Source: an uncultured delta proteobacterium
GTDB taxonomy: Bacteria > Desulfobacterota > DSM-4660 > Desulfatiglandales > HGW-15
Reading direction: 5' to 3'
NCBI GenBank assembly: GCA_963702565.1
Contig: CAVPDE010000029.1
Coordinates: 1,439 to 65,438, forward strand
DNA: 64,000 nucleotides
The notes under the pieces were generated by a model that worked only from the letters and a program-made list of their open reading frames with translations, had not been told where the DNA came from and searched no databases. This document shows, in pieces, positions 37,954-47,005 of the stretch; within the stretch, counting starts at the first letter, position 1; the number at the start of each line of letters is the position of its first letter. Both the position numbers and the translations under genes were made by a program.

Positions 37954-39714
37954 TCATATCTTTCCGGCTACTTCAGGGAAAATGATGAAGAACATGATGT
38001 ACGCAATCAAAAGCGTGAAGCACAACTGGAAGGCCTGTCCGAACACATACAGGGTGATCGGCTTGCCTCCCTTGAAGTACTGGCCGAACTCGCGGAAATT
38101 GGTCTCCAGCCCGATGGACGTGAAGGCCAAGGCGAAGAACCACTCGCGGAGTAGCCTGCTCCATCCTCTCAGCACGCCCTGATCGATCATGGCGGTGCTG
38201 TATTCCGCACTCACGGAGCCGTCGATGATGGAGAAGATGACGGAGGCGAGCATAAAGCCGATGACAAACTTAGGGAATCTGTACCAGATTTCCCACCAGC
38301 TCACCTGCTGCCCGGGCACGCAATCGACCTTGGCGCACCAATAAACCGCCACGGCGAATGCGATGACACCGATCAGGATGTTCTGAATCATCTTGACCGT
38401 CGCCGCCACATACAGCGCCTTCTGACCGTAGAAAGCACCGGCTGCAGCCACGGCGCCCGTGGAGTCAATGGTGCTTCCCATCCAGGCGCCTGCGAGAATC
38501 TGGTCCATCCCCACCAGCTTGGCAAAGGCCGGCTGGCCCACCATGCAGATAGCGGTGAAGACCATGGAAAGGCCGATGGCAAGGGTGAGTTCCTCTTTCT
38601 TGGCGCGGCAGGCGGCCGCAGTGGCAATGGCTGCCGAGACTCCGCAGACCGACATGTCCGCCGATATGGTGATGTTTAGCGTCTTGGAAGGCATCTTGAC
38701 GATGTGCTGGCCGAACCAGTAGGTCAGGATTAGGGTGATGGGCGTGCAGATCCACGCAATGAAAATCCCCGGCTTCCCGATGGCGAGGATTTTGTTGAAG
38801 AGGATTTCGGCTCCGAGCAGAACGAGGCCCGTCTTAATGTAGTATTCGGTCGAGACAGCCGGCATGACCCACTTCGGTGTTCCCACGGTGTTACTGATCA
38901 GGATACCGAAGATGATGGCCCAGAGAGGAAATCCGAAGCCATAGTGACTCATGGTGGACTGCTGCTCCGCCATGTAAGCGAGCACAGCGAGAGCGAAGAC
39001 GAAAAAGAAGCCCATGAAGAACCGGCCGAAGGATTGGCCCATGACGGCTTTTCCGATACCGAAGAAGAGTCCCAGGATGATGGCCGCTCCAAGAAGGTAG
39101 GGTAATCTATTGTAGGGTTTGTTGCCGACTTTGGCATTGGCCTTGGAAGCCGCGTCCTTGGCCTTCAACCATGCGGCGACCTCGGCTTCGGCTTTCTTGT
39201 TGAGGTCAGCGTTCTTGAAAGCTGCAGCTCCTGCGGCTTTTTCAGCCTCTTTCGCCTTTGCAAGGGCTGCCTCCTGTGCGGCCTTGGCCTTCTCAGCCGC
39301 TTCTTTGAAGGGCGCATTCAGGGCATCTGCCTCAGCCTTGCTTCGGTAAAGGGCGTCAACCGGGTTGCCCTCCCACTTGCTCGGCGCGTTCAGGAACTCC
39401 TGGATGGTTTTGCCGAAGCTTTGATCTCTCGCGCGAATCCTGCTCTTTGAGTCCGAAGCCTGGTGCCACGCGATGGTTTTGAAGGGGGCCTTCGCCGCCT
39501 CCTCTTTCATGGTGGCATTGTACTTGTTGAAATTCTCCTGCATCTTGTCAGGGGGATTCGAGAGATAGATGAAGAGACCTACGATCAGGATGATAAAGCC
39601 CATCCAGATCGCCATCCAATCTTCTTTGGTGTATAAGTCCTTAAGTGACGTTTTCCCGCTCTCGATCACGACATAGTCTTGACCTGCAGAATGGGTACTT
39701 GTTTTGTCAGCCAT
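37954..39714 (-). CDS. YeiH/putative sulfate exporter (PSE) family transporter with Ala/Lys-rich helical insert
   Basis: EDWMAIWMG, EYYIKTGLVLLG, SVCGVSAAIA, TIDSTGAV, VKMIQN; GGAGGA RBS. Confidence 0.9.
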   Translation of the reverse strand: MADKTSTHSAGQDYVVIESGKTSLKDLYTKEDWMAIWMGFIILIVGLFIYLSNPPDKMQENFNKYNATMKEEAAKAPFKTIAWHQASDSKSRIRARDQSFGKTIQEFLNAPSKWEGNPVDALYRSKAEADALNAPFKEAAEKAKAAQEAALAKAKEAEKAAGAAAFKNADLNKKAEAEVAAWLKAKDAASKANAKVGNKPYNRLPYLLGAAIILGLFFGIGKAVMGQSFGRFFMGFFFVFALAVLAYMAEQQSTMSHYGFGFPLWAIIFGILISNTVGTPKWVMPAVSTEYYIKTGLVLLGAEILFNKILAIGKPGIFIAWICTPITLILTYWFGQHIVKMPSKTLNITISADMSVCGVSAAIATAAACRAKKEELTLAIGLSMVFTAICMVGQPAFAKLVGMDQILAGAWMGSTIDSTGAVAAAGAFYGQKALYVAATVKMIQNILIGVIAFAVAVYWCAKVDCVPGQQVSWWEIWYRFPKFVIGFMLASVIFSIIDGSVSAEYSTAMIDQGVLRGWSRLLREWFFALAFTSIGLETNFREFGQYFKGGKPITLYVFGQAFQLCFTLLIAYIMFFIIFPEVAGKI

Positions 39715-40219
39715 GATAGATCCTCCATTATGCTCCTCGACGAGGAGTCCAAGAAAGGAAAGACCAAAGCAAAAACCTCATGAGGCTTCAAAAGATCCGT
39801 AAGCAGACCATTGTCCCCAGCGCTGATCATCACCCCCTTTTGAGACGAGTTTGGTCACGCTCTAAAAAAAGAAGACAATCACGCAGACTACATCATCAAC
39901 TCTGAACTTCATTCAGCTAGAGGTTCAAGGGCCAAGGCCCAAGATGTCAGGCCCGCCAGATATGATTTCTATCTCAGCCAACAAGCTTTTGTCAAGGTTT
40001 TTAAATGGTTATGCGGAAACATGAACCATCGGCTACCAATGAAGGAACAGGTCATGTCCCTCGAAGCGGAAGCGCTCAAAAAGCTTTGAAGGGACAATCG
40101 CAATCCTTGGCGCTGGTGAAGAAGTCCGCTATAATTGGATGGAACCGCTTCGAGGAGAGCGGGAGCCCCTCATGGGAAGGCATGGGGCGCTTCGTTCTTG
40201 GGACCACGGGTTTCGGGCC

Positions 40220-41230
40220 ATGATTATAGAAAAACTTGTTTCTCTGCTTGCTCCAACGTTTGACTGGATTCAGGTGGAAGTCACCTCGGCCTGCAATGCA
40301 GCCTGCATCTATTGCCCCCGCACGGTCTACAGGAAAACATGGGAAGATCGGCACCTCCCCCTGGAAACGTTCAAGAAACTTAAACCGGCGTTTGCCGATA
40401 CTCGCCATATCCATCTTCAGGGCTGGGGAGAACCTTTTCTTCACCCCGATTTTTTCGAGATGGTAGCCATCGCTAAGGCTCAGGCATTTCAAGTGGGCAC
40501 CACCACGAATGCCATGCTGCTCAATGAAGAAACGGTGAGGAGAGTGATCGAAAGCGGTTTAGATATCCTCGCTTTTTCTCTTGCAGGCACCACAGAGCGG
40601 AATGACGTCATTCGCAAAGGGACGAGCCTGAAAAAGGTTTTGAAAGCCATAGAGACTCTAAGCCGGGAAAAGGAGAAGCGAGGAACGTCAGGACCGGAGA
40701 TTCATGTGGCTTACATGCTATTTCGATCGGGCATGACCGAACTGGAGACGTTGCCCGCGCTGCTGGAGGGCCTTGGCGTCAGTCAGGTAGTGGTCAGCAC
40801 CCTGGACTTTGTGCCGACCGAGGAACTCCGAAAGGAGGCTGTGATCCCGGCCACGCAAGAAGAGTACGAAAAAGTCCGATCCGTCCTTGAGCGTTTGGTC
40901 CAGGCGGGTCGTGAGAAAGGTTTAGCTGTCCATTACCATCTCGTCTCCCCGGAAAAACGACGGGAAATCTGCACAGAGAATATCCAGAGGGCTTTGTGCG
41001 TTTCTTCTGACGGGGCAGTCACTCCATGTGTTTACACGAGCCTCGGGGTCTCAGGGACCTATTATGATCTGCAGAGCAACAGAGTGAACTGTGAGAGGAT
41101 GGTCTTCGGAAACATCAGGGAGAAGAAGATAAAGGATATCTGGAAGGAGAAACCCTACAGCGCTTTTCGCGACGCCTTCTGCAAAGGAGAACTGGCTCCG
41201 ACCTGTCAGAAGTGCCCTAAGATCTGGTAA
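40220..41230 (+). CDS. Radical SAM/SPASM protein
   Basis: CNAACIYC, LQGWGEP, TTNA, C...DGAVTPC...GN...CQKC. Confidence 0.9.
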   Translation: MIIEKLVSLLAPTFDWIQVEVTSACNAACIYCPRTVYRKTWEDRHLPLETFKKLKPAFADTRHIHLQGWGEPFLHPDFFEMVAIAKAQAFQVGTTTNAMLLNEETVRRVIESGLDILAFSLAGTTERNDVIRKGTSLKKVLKAIETLSREKEKRGTSGPEIHVAYMLFRSGMTELETLPALLEGLGVSQVVVSTLDFVPTEELRKEAVIPATQEEYEKVRSVLERLVQAGREKGLAVHYHLVSPEKRREICTENIQRALCVSSDGAVTPCVYTSLGVSGTYYDLQSNRVNCERMVFGNIREKKIKDIWKEKPYSAFRDAFCKGELAPTCQKCPKIW

Positions 41231-41255
41231 AAGAATAAAGCAGAGATTGGCGTTC

Positions 41256-41471
41256 CTACTTAGGGGCTTTCTTCCCTTTTGACTTGCCCCCACCTTGCTC
41301 GCTTGGCCAATCGGCGAAGGTGGAAAGTCCTGTTCTCCGTTCCTTTCCTGATCTTCTTTCTTTGCCGCTTCTCCTTTCCACGCCACCGTCCATGAAGTAG
41401 CCCACATGGTAGGCCTTTCGCCGATCGCTTCCCGAGCGTCTGTCTATGGATGACCGATTTTTGTGGGCCAT
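41256..41471 (-). CDS. Small protein with (D/E)RRxG repeats
   Basis: IDRRSGSDRRK...VERRSGKERRSGKERRTG; GGAG RBS. Confidence 0.7.
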   Translation of the reverse strand: MAHKNRSSIDRRSGSDRRKAYHVGYFMDGGVERRSGKERRSGKERRTGLSTFADWPSEQGGGKSKGKKAPK

Positions 41472-41550
41472 AACCGACTCCGCAACCGTCATATCCAGAC
41501 TTTGGCGACGGCAGCCTGCGAAAGTCCAAAGGACCAAAGGGAATCGATTT

Positions 41551-41790
41551 TCATCGATCTTTTCTGCCTTCGTCCAGGTGTTGTTGAATCTCCTCAGCCG
41601 ATAACCCAAAGCTCTTCGCAGTCACTCCGGCCAGTTTGTCCGTGAATGACGGCACTGGCTGCAACACGATGTTGTTGTCTGACTTGGTGATCAGCATGCG
41701 CGTTCCAGCTCTAATTCCCATCTCCTTGCGAAGGCTTGATGGCAAAAGAACATAGCCTCTTCCTGAAACCGTCACCGAAGCTGATTTCAT
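41551..41790 (-). CDS. AbrB/MazE/SpoVT-family DNA-binding protein
   Basis: VTVSGRGYVLLPSSLRKEMGIRAG...IVLQP. Confidence 0.85.
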   Translation of the reverse strand: MKSASVTVSGRGYVLLPSSLRKEMGIRAGTRMLITKSDNNIVLQPVPSFTDKLAGVTAKSFGLSAEEIQQHLDEGRKDR

Positions 41791-42157
41791 TCTGCTGATT
41801 TCCTTTTCACAGGTCGTTTCAACTTTAGCAGCATTCTGAAAAACGTCAATCAGATTGAATTTCCGTAGCCAGATTCTTCTGGTGGCCTGAAAATCTGTTG
41901 GTTTTCTTTACCTGCGTACGATAAGAAATCCTGCTGCGTATAGGCAGGATCCGGGTATGAGTAGAATCCCCTATTGGTCTGGAAACCCAAGTGCGTCAGT
42001 ATCCTCGCCCTTCGGATCGAGGCCGATATTTAAGGAAAGGCCAGGGGTATTGCTTTCCAAATAAAAAAGATTCCCTCTATGGAGAATATGAAAATTTGCT
42101 GTTCTGGAGGTGTAGAGGGCACTGTTGGGTCCAAGGCGCAACAAAGCAAAAAAATGC

Positions 42158-42210
42158 TTGACATGGTTTTTCCCGTTTTATAATATGAATTAACGTTTCA
42201 TATTATGAAA
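42158..42210 (+). promoter_or_regulatory. sigma70 promoter and palindromic operator of iclR
   Basis: TTGACA (42158) ... TATAAT/TAATAT; TTTCATATTATGAAA at 42196-42210. Confidence 0.75.
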
Positions 42211-42225
42211 TACTTAAGGTGATCC

Positions 42226-42975
42226 ATGAAGCTCAGTTCTGTTGACAAGAGTCTTCAGGTCATTGAAGCCCTGCGAAAAAACCCCCAAGGCTTGAGCATT
42301 GCTGGACTCAGTCAGCATCTCGGATTTCCTCCGAGCACAATACACCATATTCTAAGCACCTTCCGCCCTTACGACTATGTCGCGCAGAATCCGGAGACCA
42401 AGAAATATACTCTCGGCTTCAGGTTTCTTTCGATCAGTACCTCCATTTTAGAAAACCTGGACGTTCGGAAAACGGCATACGTTCATTTGCGCAAGTTGCA
42501 TCAGAAGTGCAATGAGGCTGTTCACCTCTCCATTCTGAGGAACGGCCAAGTCACATACGTGGACAAGTTCCAAGGGTCCAGTGGCCTGAGCCTTGCCACG
42601 TATATCGGTTTTAGCACCGACCCCCACGCAGCGGCCGGCGGTAAAGTTCTGCTCTCAGAGTTGTCTCCAGAGGAGGTCAAGACCATCTATAAGAAAAGAC
42701 CTCTCAAGAGATATGGCAAGAACACCATCACAAACATCGCACAACTTCTTGAGGAGTTGAAAAACATCCGAAAGCAGGGATATGCCATCGACAACGAGGA
42801 GTATTATGAAGGCGTCAGATGTGTTGCTGCTCCAATAAGGGCCGGTGGCCGCATTGCTGCAGCCTTGAGCATCACAGGCTCGATTTTCAGTATGACTATG
42901 GATCGGATCAATCGGGAGTTAATAGGAATCGCCATAGAAACCGCTCAAAACATCTCCTCGGAGCTTCACTGGTAA
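42226..42975 (+). CDS. IclR-family transcriptional regulator
   Basis: N-terminal HTH; AGGKVLL, GYAIDNEE...GVRCVAAPI. Confidence 0.95.
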   Translation: MKLSSVDKSLQVIEALRKNPQGLSIAGLSQHLGFPPSTIHHILSTFRPYDYVAQNPETKKYTLGFRFLSISTSILENLDVRKTAYVHLRKLHQKCNEAVHLSILRNGQVTYVDKFQGSSGLSLATYIGFSTDPHAAAGGKVLLSELSPEEVKTIYKKRPLKRYGKNTITNIAQLLEELKNIRKQGYAIDNEEYYEGVRCVAAPIRAGGRIAAALSITGSIFSMTMDRINRELIGIAIETAQNISSELHW

Positions 42976-43013
42976 TAAAGAAAGGTGTTCTTTTGTACGC
43001 TCTATGAAATACA

Positions 43014-43030
43014 ATTTCATAATATGAAAT
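43014..43030. promoter_or_regulatory. Second copy of the IclR-type operator
   Basis: ATTTCATAATATGAAAT palindrome, just upstream of the first catabolic gene. Confidence 0.75.
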
Positions 43031-43052
43031 AGCACAACCACGAGAGGTCCCT

Positions 43053-43610
43053 ATGAAAGAAATATGTATTCACGGAAGGGGTGGACAAGGATCGCTTGTC
43101 CTCGCCCAGTTCATGGCTATCGCAGCCCTTGAAGACGGGCGGTATGGAAGCGCTTTTCCCTTTCTGGGGGGTGGTGGAGAAAGGAGGGGGAAACCGATCG
43201 TGGCCTTTTGCCGCCTAAGCGACGAGCCCATTCGTGCAAGAAGCCGAGTGTCCAAGCCTGACTATGTCATTGTTCAAGATGCAACCATCTTCAGCGAAGT
43301 CAATCTCCTTGAGGGGATCAAGCCCGAAGGATTGGTTCTCGTAAATACAGACAAAACCCTTGAGGACATGGGCCTTGCCGGAAACCCGATTCGAATTTTC
43401 ACCTTCTCGGCAGATAAACTCGCCCGAAAGATCTTGGGCCGCCCCATCATGAATACGGCCCTGCTGGGCGCTTTCGCGGCTGTAACGAAAGAACTGAGCC
43501 TGGAGGCTTCGCTCAAAGCTGTGCGCAGCAAGTTCCCAGGCGATCTTGGCGAAAAAAACGTCCAGGTAGTCCAGGAGAGCTACAACACACTCGCGGAGGT
43601 GGCACGATGA
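43053..43610 (+). CDS. 2-oxoacid:ferredoxin oxidoreductase gamma subunit
   Basis: HGRGGQG, ERRG, NTALLGA. Confidence 0.92.
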   Translation: MKEICIHGRGGQGSLVLAQFMAIAALEDGRYGSAFPFLGGGGERRGKPIVAFCRLSDEPIRARSRVSKPDYVIVQDATIFSEVNLLEGIKPEGLVLVNTDKTLEDMGLAGNPIRIFTFSADKLARKILGRPIMNTALLGAFAAVTKELSLEASLKAVRSKFPGDLGEKNVQVVQESYNTLAEVAR

Positions 43611-43864
43611 AAATCATGGTAGGGGCGGTTGTCCAGGGGAAAAGCTCTTTGGCCTATAAAACCGGCAACTGGCGGGATCAAAGGCCGGTGCTTGATGTCG
43701 ACCGCTGCAAAGCATGCGGTCAGTGCGAAGAAGTCTGCCCGGACAACGCTGTGCATGTGATCGATGAGGTCTACGTCATTGACTACGATTTCTGCAAAGG
43801 ATGTGGGTTGTGTGCTTACGAATGTCCCGCTCAAGCGATCGAAATGGTAAAAGAGGAGAAGTAG
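43607..43864 (+). CDS. 2-oxoacid:ferredoxin oxidoreductase delta subunit (2x[4Fe-4S])
   Basis: TGNWR, CKACGQCEEVCP, CKGCGLCAYECP. Confidence 0.92.
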   Translation: MKIMVGAVVQGKSSLAYKTGNWRDQRPVLDVDRCKACGQCEEVCPDNAVHVIDEVYVIDYDFCKGCGLCAYECPAQAIEMVKEEK

Positions 43865-43865
43865 T

Positions 43866-45056
43866 ATGAGCTATGTCAAAGTGGTGGAAGGTTCCGAAGC
43901 AGTCGCTTTCGCCGTGAAGGCGTGCCGCCCTCAAGTCATTTCCGCCTATCCTATCAGCCCACAGACTCATATTGTTGAGCGGCTCGCACAGATGCGGGCG
44001 GACGGTGAACTCGATGCGGAGTACGTGAGGGTGGAATCCGAGTTTTCTGCAGCCAGCGTGATCAGCGGAGGTTCTGCAGCAGGGAGTCGTTCTTACACTG
44101 CTTCTTCTTCTCAAGGACTCCTTCTGATGACAGAGGTTCTTTACGCAAGCGTCGGTCTCCGCTTGCCCTTCGTGATTACAGGGGTTAATCGAGCCATTTC
44201 TGCTCCGATCAGCATCCAGGTGGACTACCAGGACACGATAAGTCTTAGGGACTCAGGTGTCATACAACTCTACGTGGAGAGCAGCCAGGAAGCGTATGAC
44301 GCTCACATCGCCGCATTCAAGATTGCCGAGGATCCCGGCATTTTGCTTCCAGTCATGGTGTGCATGGACGGATGGATCCTTACCCACTCTTATGAAAGGG
44401 TGTCCTTCCTGGACCAGGCCGAAGTCGATCGCTTCCTCCCTCCATTCAGACCCATCAATTTCCTGGATGAAAAGAATCCTAAGACCTGGGGGTCCTATGC
44501 CGAGGACAACGTTCTGATGGAATTCAAGTATTCCGTCCAGAAGGCCATGCTCTATGGAAAACACCGGATCAAAGAGATCTTCTCCGAGCTTTCACAGATC
44601 ACCGGCCGAGATCATGGCGGGCTGATTGAGGCCTACCGGACAGAAGGGGCTGAAGTGATTCTCGTCGCCATGGGATCCCTGGCAGGGACGGTTAAGGATG
44701 CGGTAGATCGCCTCCGATCCGAAGGGAAACCGGCTGGGCTTGTCAAGATTCGTTGCTACAGGCCGTTCCCACATGAAGATATTTGGGAAGCGATCAAAGG
44801 AGCTCGTGTTGTCGCGGTCATGGAAGCCGATTTCTCGATGGGAAGTGAAGGGGCTGTCGGGATGGATCTTAAGGCCAAAGTCTGCGGAAGACCCGGAGCT
44901 CCTCTCGTGCTTGATTTCATCACAGGCCTAGGCGGCCGAGAGGTCAATCAGCAAACAGTGGAAGAAGTGGTCGCGGAAGCGCAGAAGGCGGTCAGCAAGA
45001 AATTACCGCCGGTTGAATCATACTGGGTGGGTTTAGACCCATCGATTGTCCCTTAG
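43866..45056 (+). CDS. 2-oxoacid:ferredoxin oxidoreductase alpha subunit
   Basis: AYPISPQT, VESE, SSQGL, RPFP, GLGGR. Confidence 0.92.
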   Translation: MSYVKVVEGSEAVAFAVKACRPQVISAYPISPQTHIVERLAQMRADGELDAEYVRVESEFSAASVISGGSAAGSRSYTASSSQGLLLMTEVLYASVGLRLPFVITGVNRAISAPISIQVDYQDTISLRDSGVIQLYVESSQEAYDAHIAAFKIAEDPGILLPVMVCMDGWILTHSYERVSFLDQAEVDRFLPPFRPINFLDEKNPKTWGSYAEDNVLMEFKYSVQKAMLYGKHRIKEIFSELSQITGRDHGGLIEAYRTEGAEVILVAMGSLAGTVKDAVDRLRSEGKPAGLVKIRCYRPFPHEDIWEAIKGARVVAVMEADFSMGSEGAVGMDLKAKVCGRPGAPLVLDFITGLGGREVNQQTVEEVVAEAQKAVSKKLPPVESYWVGLDPSIVP

Positions 45057-45065
45057 GAGTGAAGC

Positions 45066-45998
45066 ATGAAGAAAAAAGCGGTTCCCCAGACAGATCTTTT
45101 TGTTTCAGGCCATCGGGCCTGCCAAGGATGTGGAATGGCTCTTAGCGTGAGACATATTCTCAGAGCGACGGGCAATGAGGTGATTGTTGTTTCCCCAACA
45201 GGGTGTCTTGAGACCTTCACTTCCCCGTATGGTTACTCCCCGTGGGGAGTCCCCTGGATTCATCATCTTTTTGAGAATGGCCCTGCCATTGCCTCAGGTG
45301 TCGTCGCAGCACTTAAGGCGCAGAAAAGGGATCATGTCCGGGTGGTGGCTATCGGTGGAGATGGAGGAACTTTCGACATAGGCTTTGGGTCTCTATCGGG
45401 AATGCTCGAACGGGGGGACGATGTGCTCTATCTCTGCGTGGATAACGGCGCATATATGAATACTGGAGGGCAGCGGAGCGGAGCAACCCCCACCTATTCT
45501 TCAACAACCACGGAGCCCGCAGGCAAGATGTCGAGAGGCAAAACGCAGCTCAAGAAGGATCTGCCCGCGATCGTCGCCGCCCATGGTGTGCCCTATGTCG
45601 CGACAGCCTCCGCGGCTCACATCAAAGATCTGCAGAAGAAGGTCAAGAAAGCGATGACCTTTAGAGGTCCACGCTACATCCAGATCGACACTCCATGTCC
45701 TTCGGTTTGGGGCTTCCCCTCTGATCGTACTCTGGAGGTTGGGAGGTTGGGGGTCGAATGCGGCCTCGTTCCCTTGTTTGAAATCGAGGATGGCAAGATC
45801 ACGAGCGTCCGAAGAATAAAAAAGAAGATTCCCGTAGAGGGATACCTGAAAGCTCAAGGACGGTTCAAGCACCTATTCGGCAAGGAGCCTCGTCGGGAAG
45901 AGATCAAACAGATTCAAGCCTTGGCTGAAGCGAATATCAAAAAGTATGGGCTCCTGAAAAAGGACGGCGCTGGAGAAAGCACAAAGAAAAGATCTTGA
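45066..45998 (+). CDS. 2-oxoacid:ferredoxin oxidoreductase beta subunit
   Basis: GHRACQGC, TGCLE, GGDG, DNGAYMNTG, PCP. Confidence 0.92.
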   Translation: MKKKAVPQTDLFVSGHRACQGCGMALSVRHILRATGNEVIVVSPTGCLETFTSPYGYSPWGVPWIHHLFENGPAIASGVVAALKAQKRDHVRVVAIGGDGGTFDIGFGSLSGMLERGDDVLYLCVDNGAYMNTGGQRSGATPTYSSTTTEPAGKMSRGKTQLKKDLPAIVAAHGVPYVATASAAHIKDLQKKVKKAMTFRGPRYIQIDTPCPSVWGFPSDRTLEVGRLGVECGLVPLFEIEDGKITSVRRIKKKIPVEGYLKAQGRFKHLFGKEPRREEIKQIQALAEANIKKYGLLKKDGAGESTKKRS

Positions 45999-46102
45999 AC
46001 AGGCTCACCCTTGATGGTCAGGTCGCGCTGGTACATGAGGTGTCATTGCCTGCTTCAAGAGGTCGGAGGTTTCGTGATGGACAGGGCTGAAAGGAGAGCA
46101 GC

Positions 46103-46861
46103 ATGATACTGGATAAATTTCGAATTGAGGGAAAGGTTGCCGTGGTCACGGGTGGGACAACCGGGATCGGGAAGGGAATTGCCCTGGCCCTGGCCGAGGC
46201 TGGAGCCGATGTTGTCGCCGTGAGCCTGATCAAGGATAAGGATATCGAGGACCGGCTCCGCGAACTGGGCCGGAGATATCGGTATCATTATGCGGATCTC
46301 TCCGTAAGGGAGCAGACGAAAGGGATCCTCCCTTTTGTTCTGCAAGAGATGGGAAGAGTAGATATCCTGGTCAATTGTGCCGGCATTGGGCCAAGGTTCC
46401 CTGCGGAGCAGTTCCCTGAAGACCAGTGGGTTAAGGTCCTGGAGATTGATCTGACCGCTGCTTTTATTCTTTCCCAGGCGGCAGGTCAATTCATGCTCAA
46501 AGCGGGAAAAGGCAAAATCATTAATATTTCGTCGATTCTTGGCTTCCAGGGCGGGATCAACAATGCGGCCTATGCTTCCTGCAAACATGCCATAGCGGGC
46601 CTGACCAAGGCGTTGGCTAATGACTGGGCAAGCAAGGGCATCAACGTGAATGCCATCGCCCCTGGGTACTTCGCTACTGAATTCATTGCCGCCCTCATGC
46701 AGAATCCGGAGCGGACAAAAGTCATCCTAGGAAGAGTCCCGGCCGGCCGCTTCGGTCAGCCAGAGGATATTGGAGGAGCTGCAGTGTTCCTGGCCTCACC
46801 GGCATCCGATTTCCTCCACGGAGTGGTTCTGCCTGTTGATGGCGGGTGGCTTTCCTGGTGA
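46103..46861 (+). CDS. SDR oxidoreductase, KduD/gluconate 5-dehydrogenase-like
   Basis: TGGTTGIG, YASCK, NAIAPGY, VDGGW. Confidence 0.88.
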   Translation: MILDKFRIEGKVAVVTGGTTGIGKGIALALAEAGADVVAVSLIKDKDIEDRLRELGRRYRYHYADLSVREQTKGILPFVLQEMGRVDILVNCAGIGPRFPAEQFPEDQWVKVLEIDLTAAFILSQAAGQFMLKAGKGKIINISSILGFQGGINNAAYASCKHAIAGLTKALANDWASKGINVNAIAPGYFATEFIAALMQNPERTKVILGRVPAGRFGQPEDIGGAAVFLASPASDFLHGVVLPVDGGWLSW

Positions 46862-47005
46862 GGTCGCCGACTTTGCTGGAAACACCGGTCCCAGAAGCCG
46901 TGCACAGACTGAGGAGTTGGTTAGGTAAAGCAGGGAAGTCGGGCATGAGCCCATTCCAAAACGGCCCAGGACTCACTTATGGGGGGAATGGAGGTAGGGA
47001 GGGGT

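Noticed and set aside
40220-41471. Radical SAM/SPASM plus small peptide as a RiPP system
   Set aside because: The genes are convergent, with no leader/core pattern, RRE domain, protease or exporter.
41850-42120. Possible ncRNA or tRNA at the cluster boundary
   Set aside because: Only short hairpins; no cloverleaf or recognisable riboswitch consensus.
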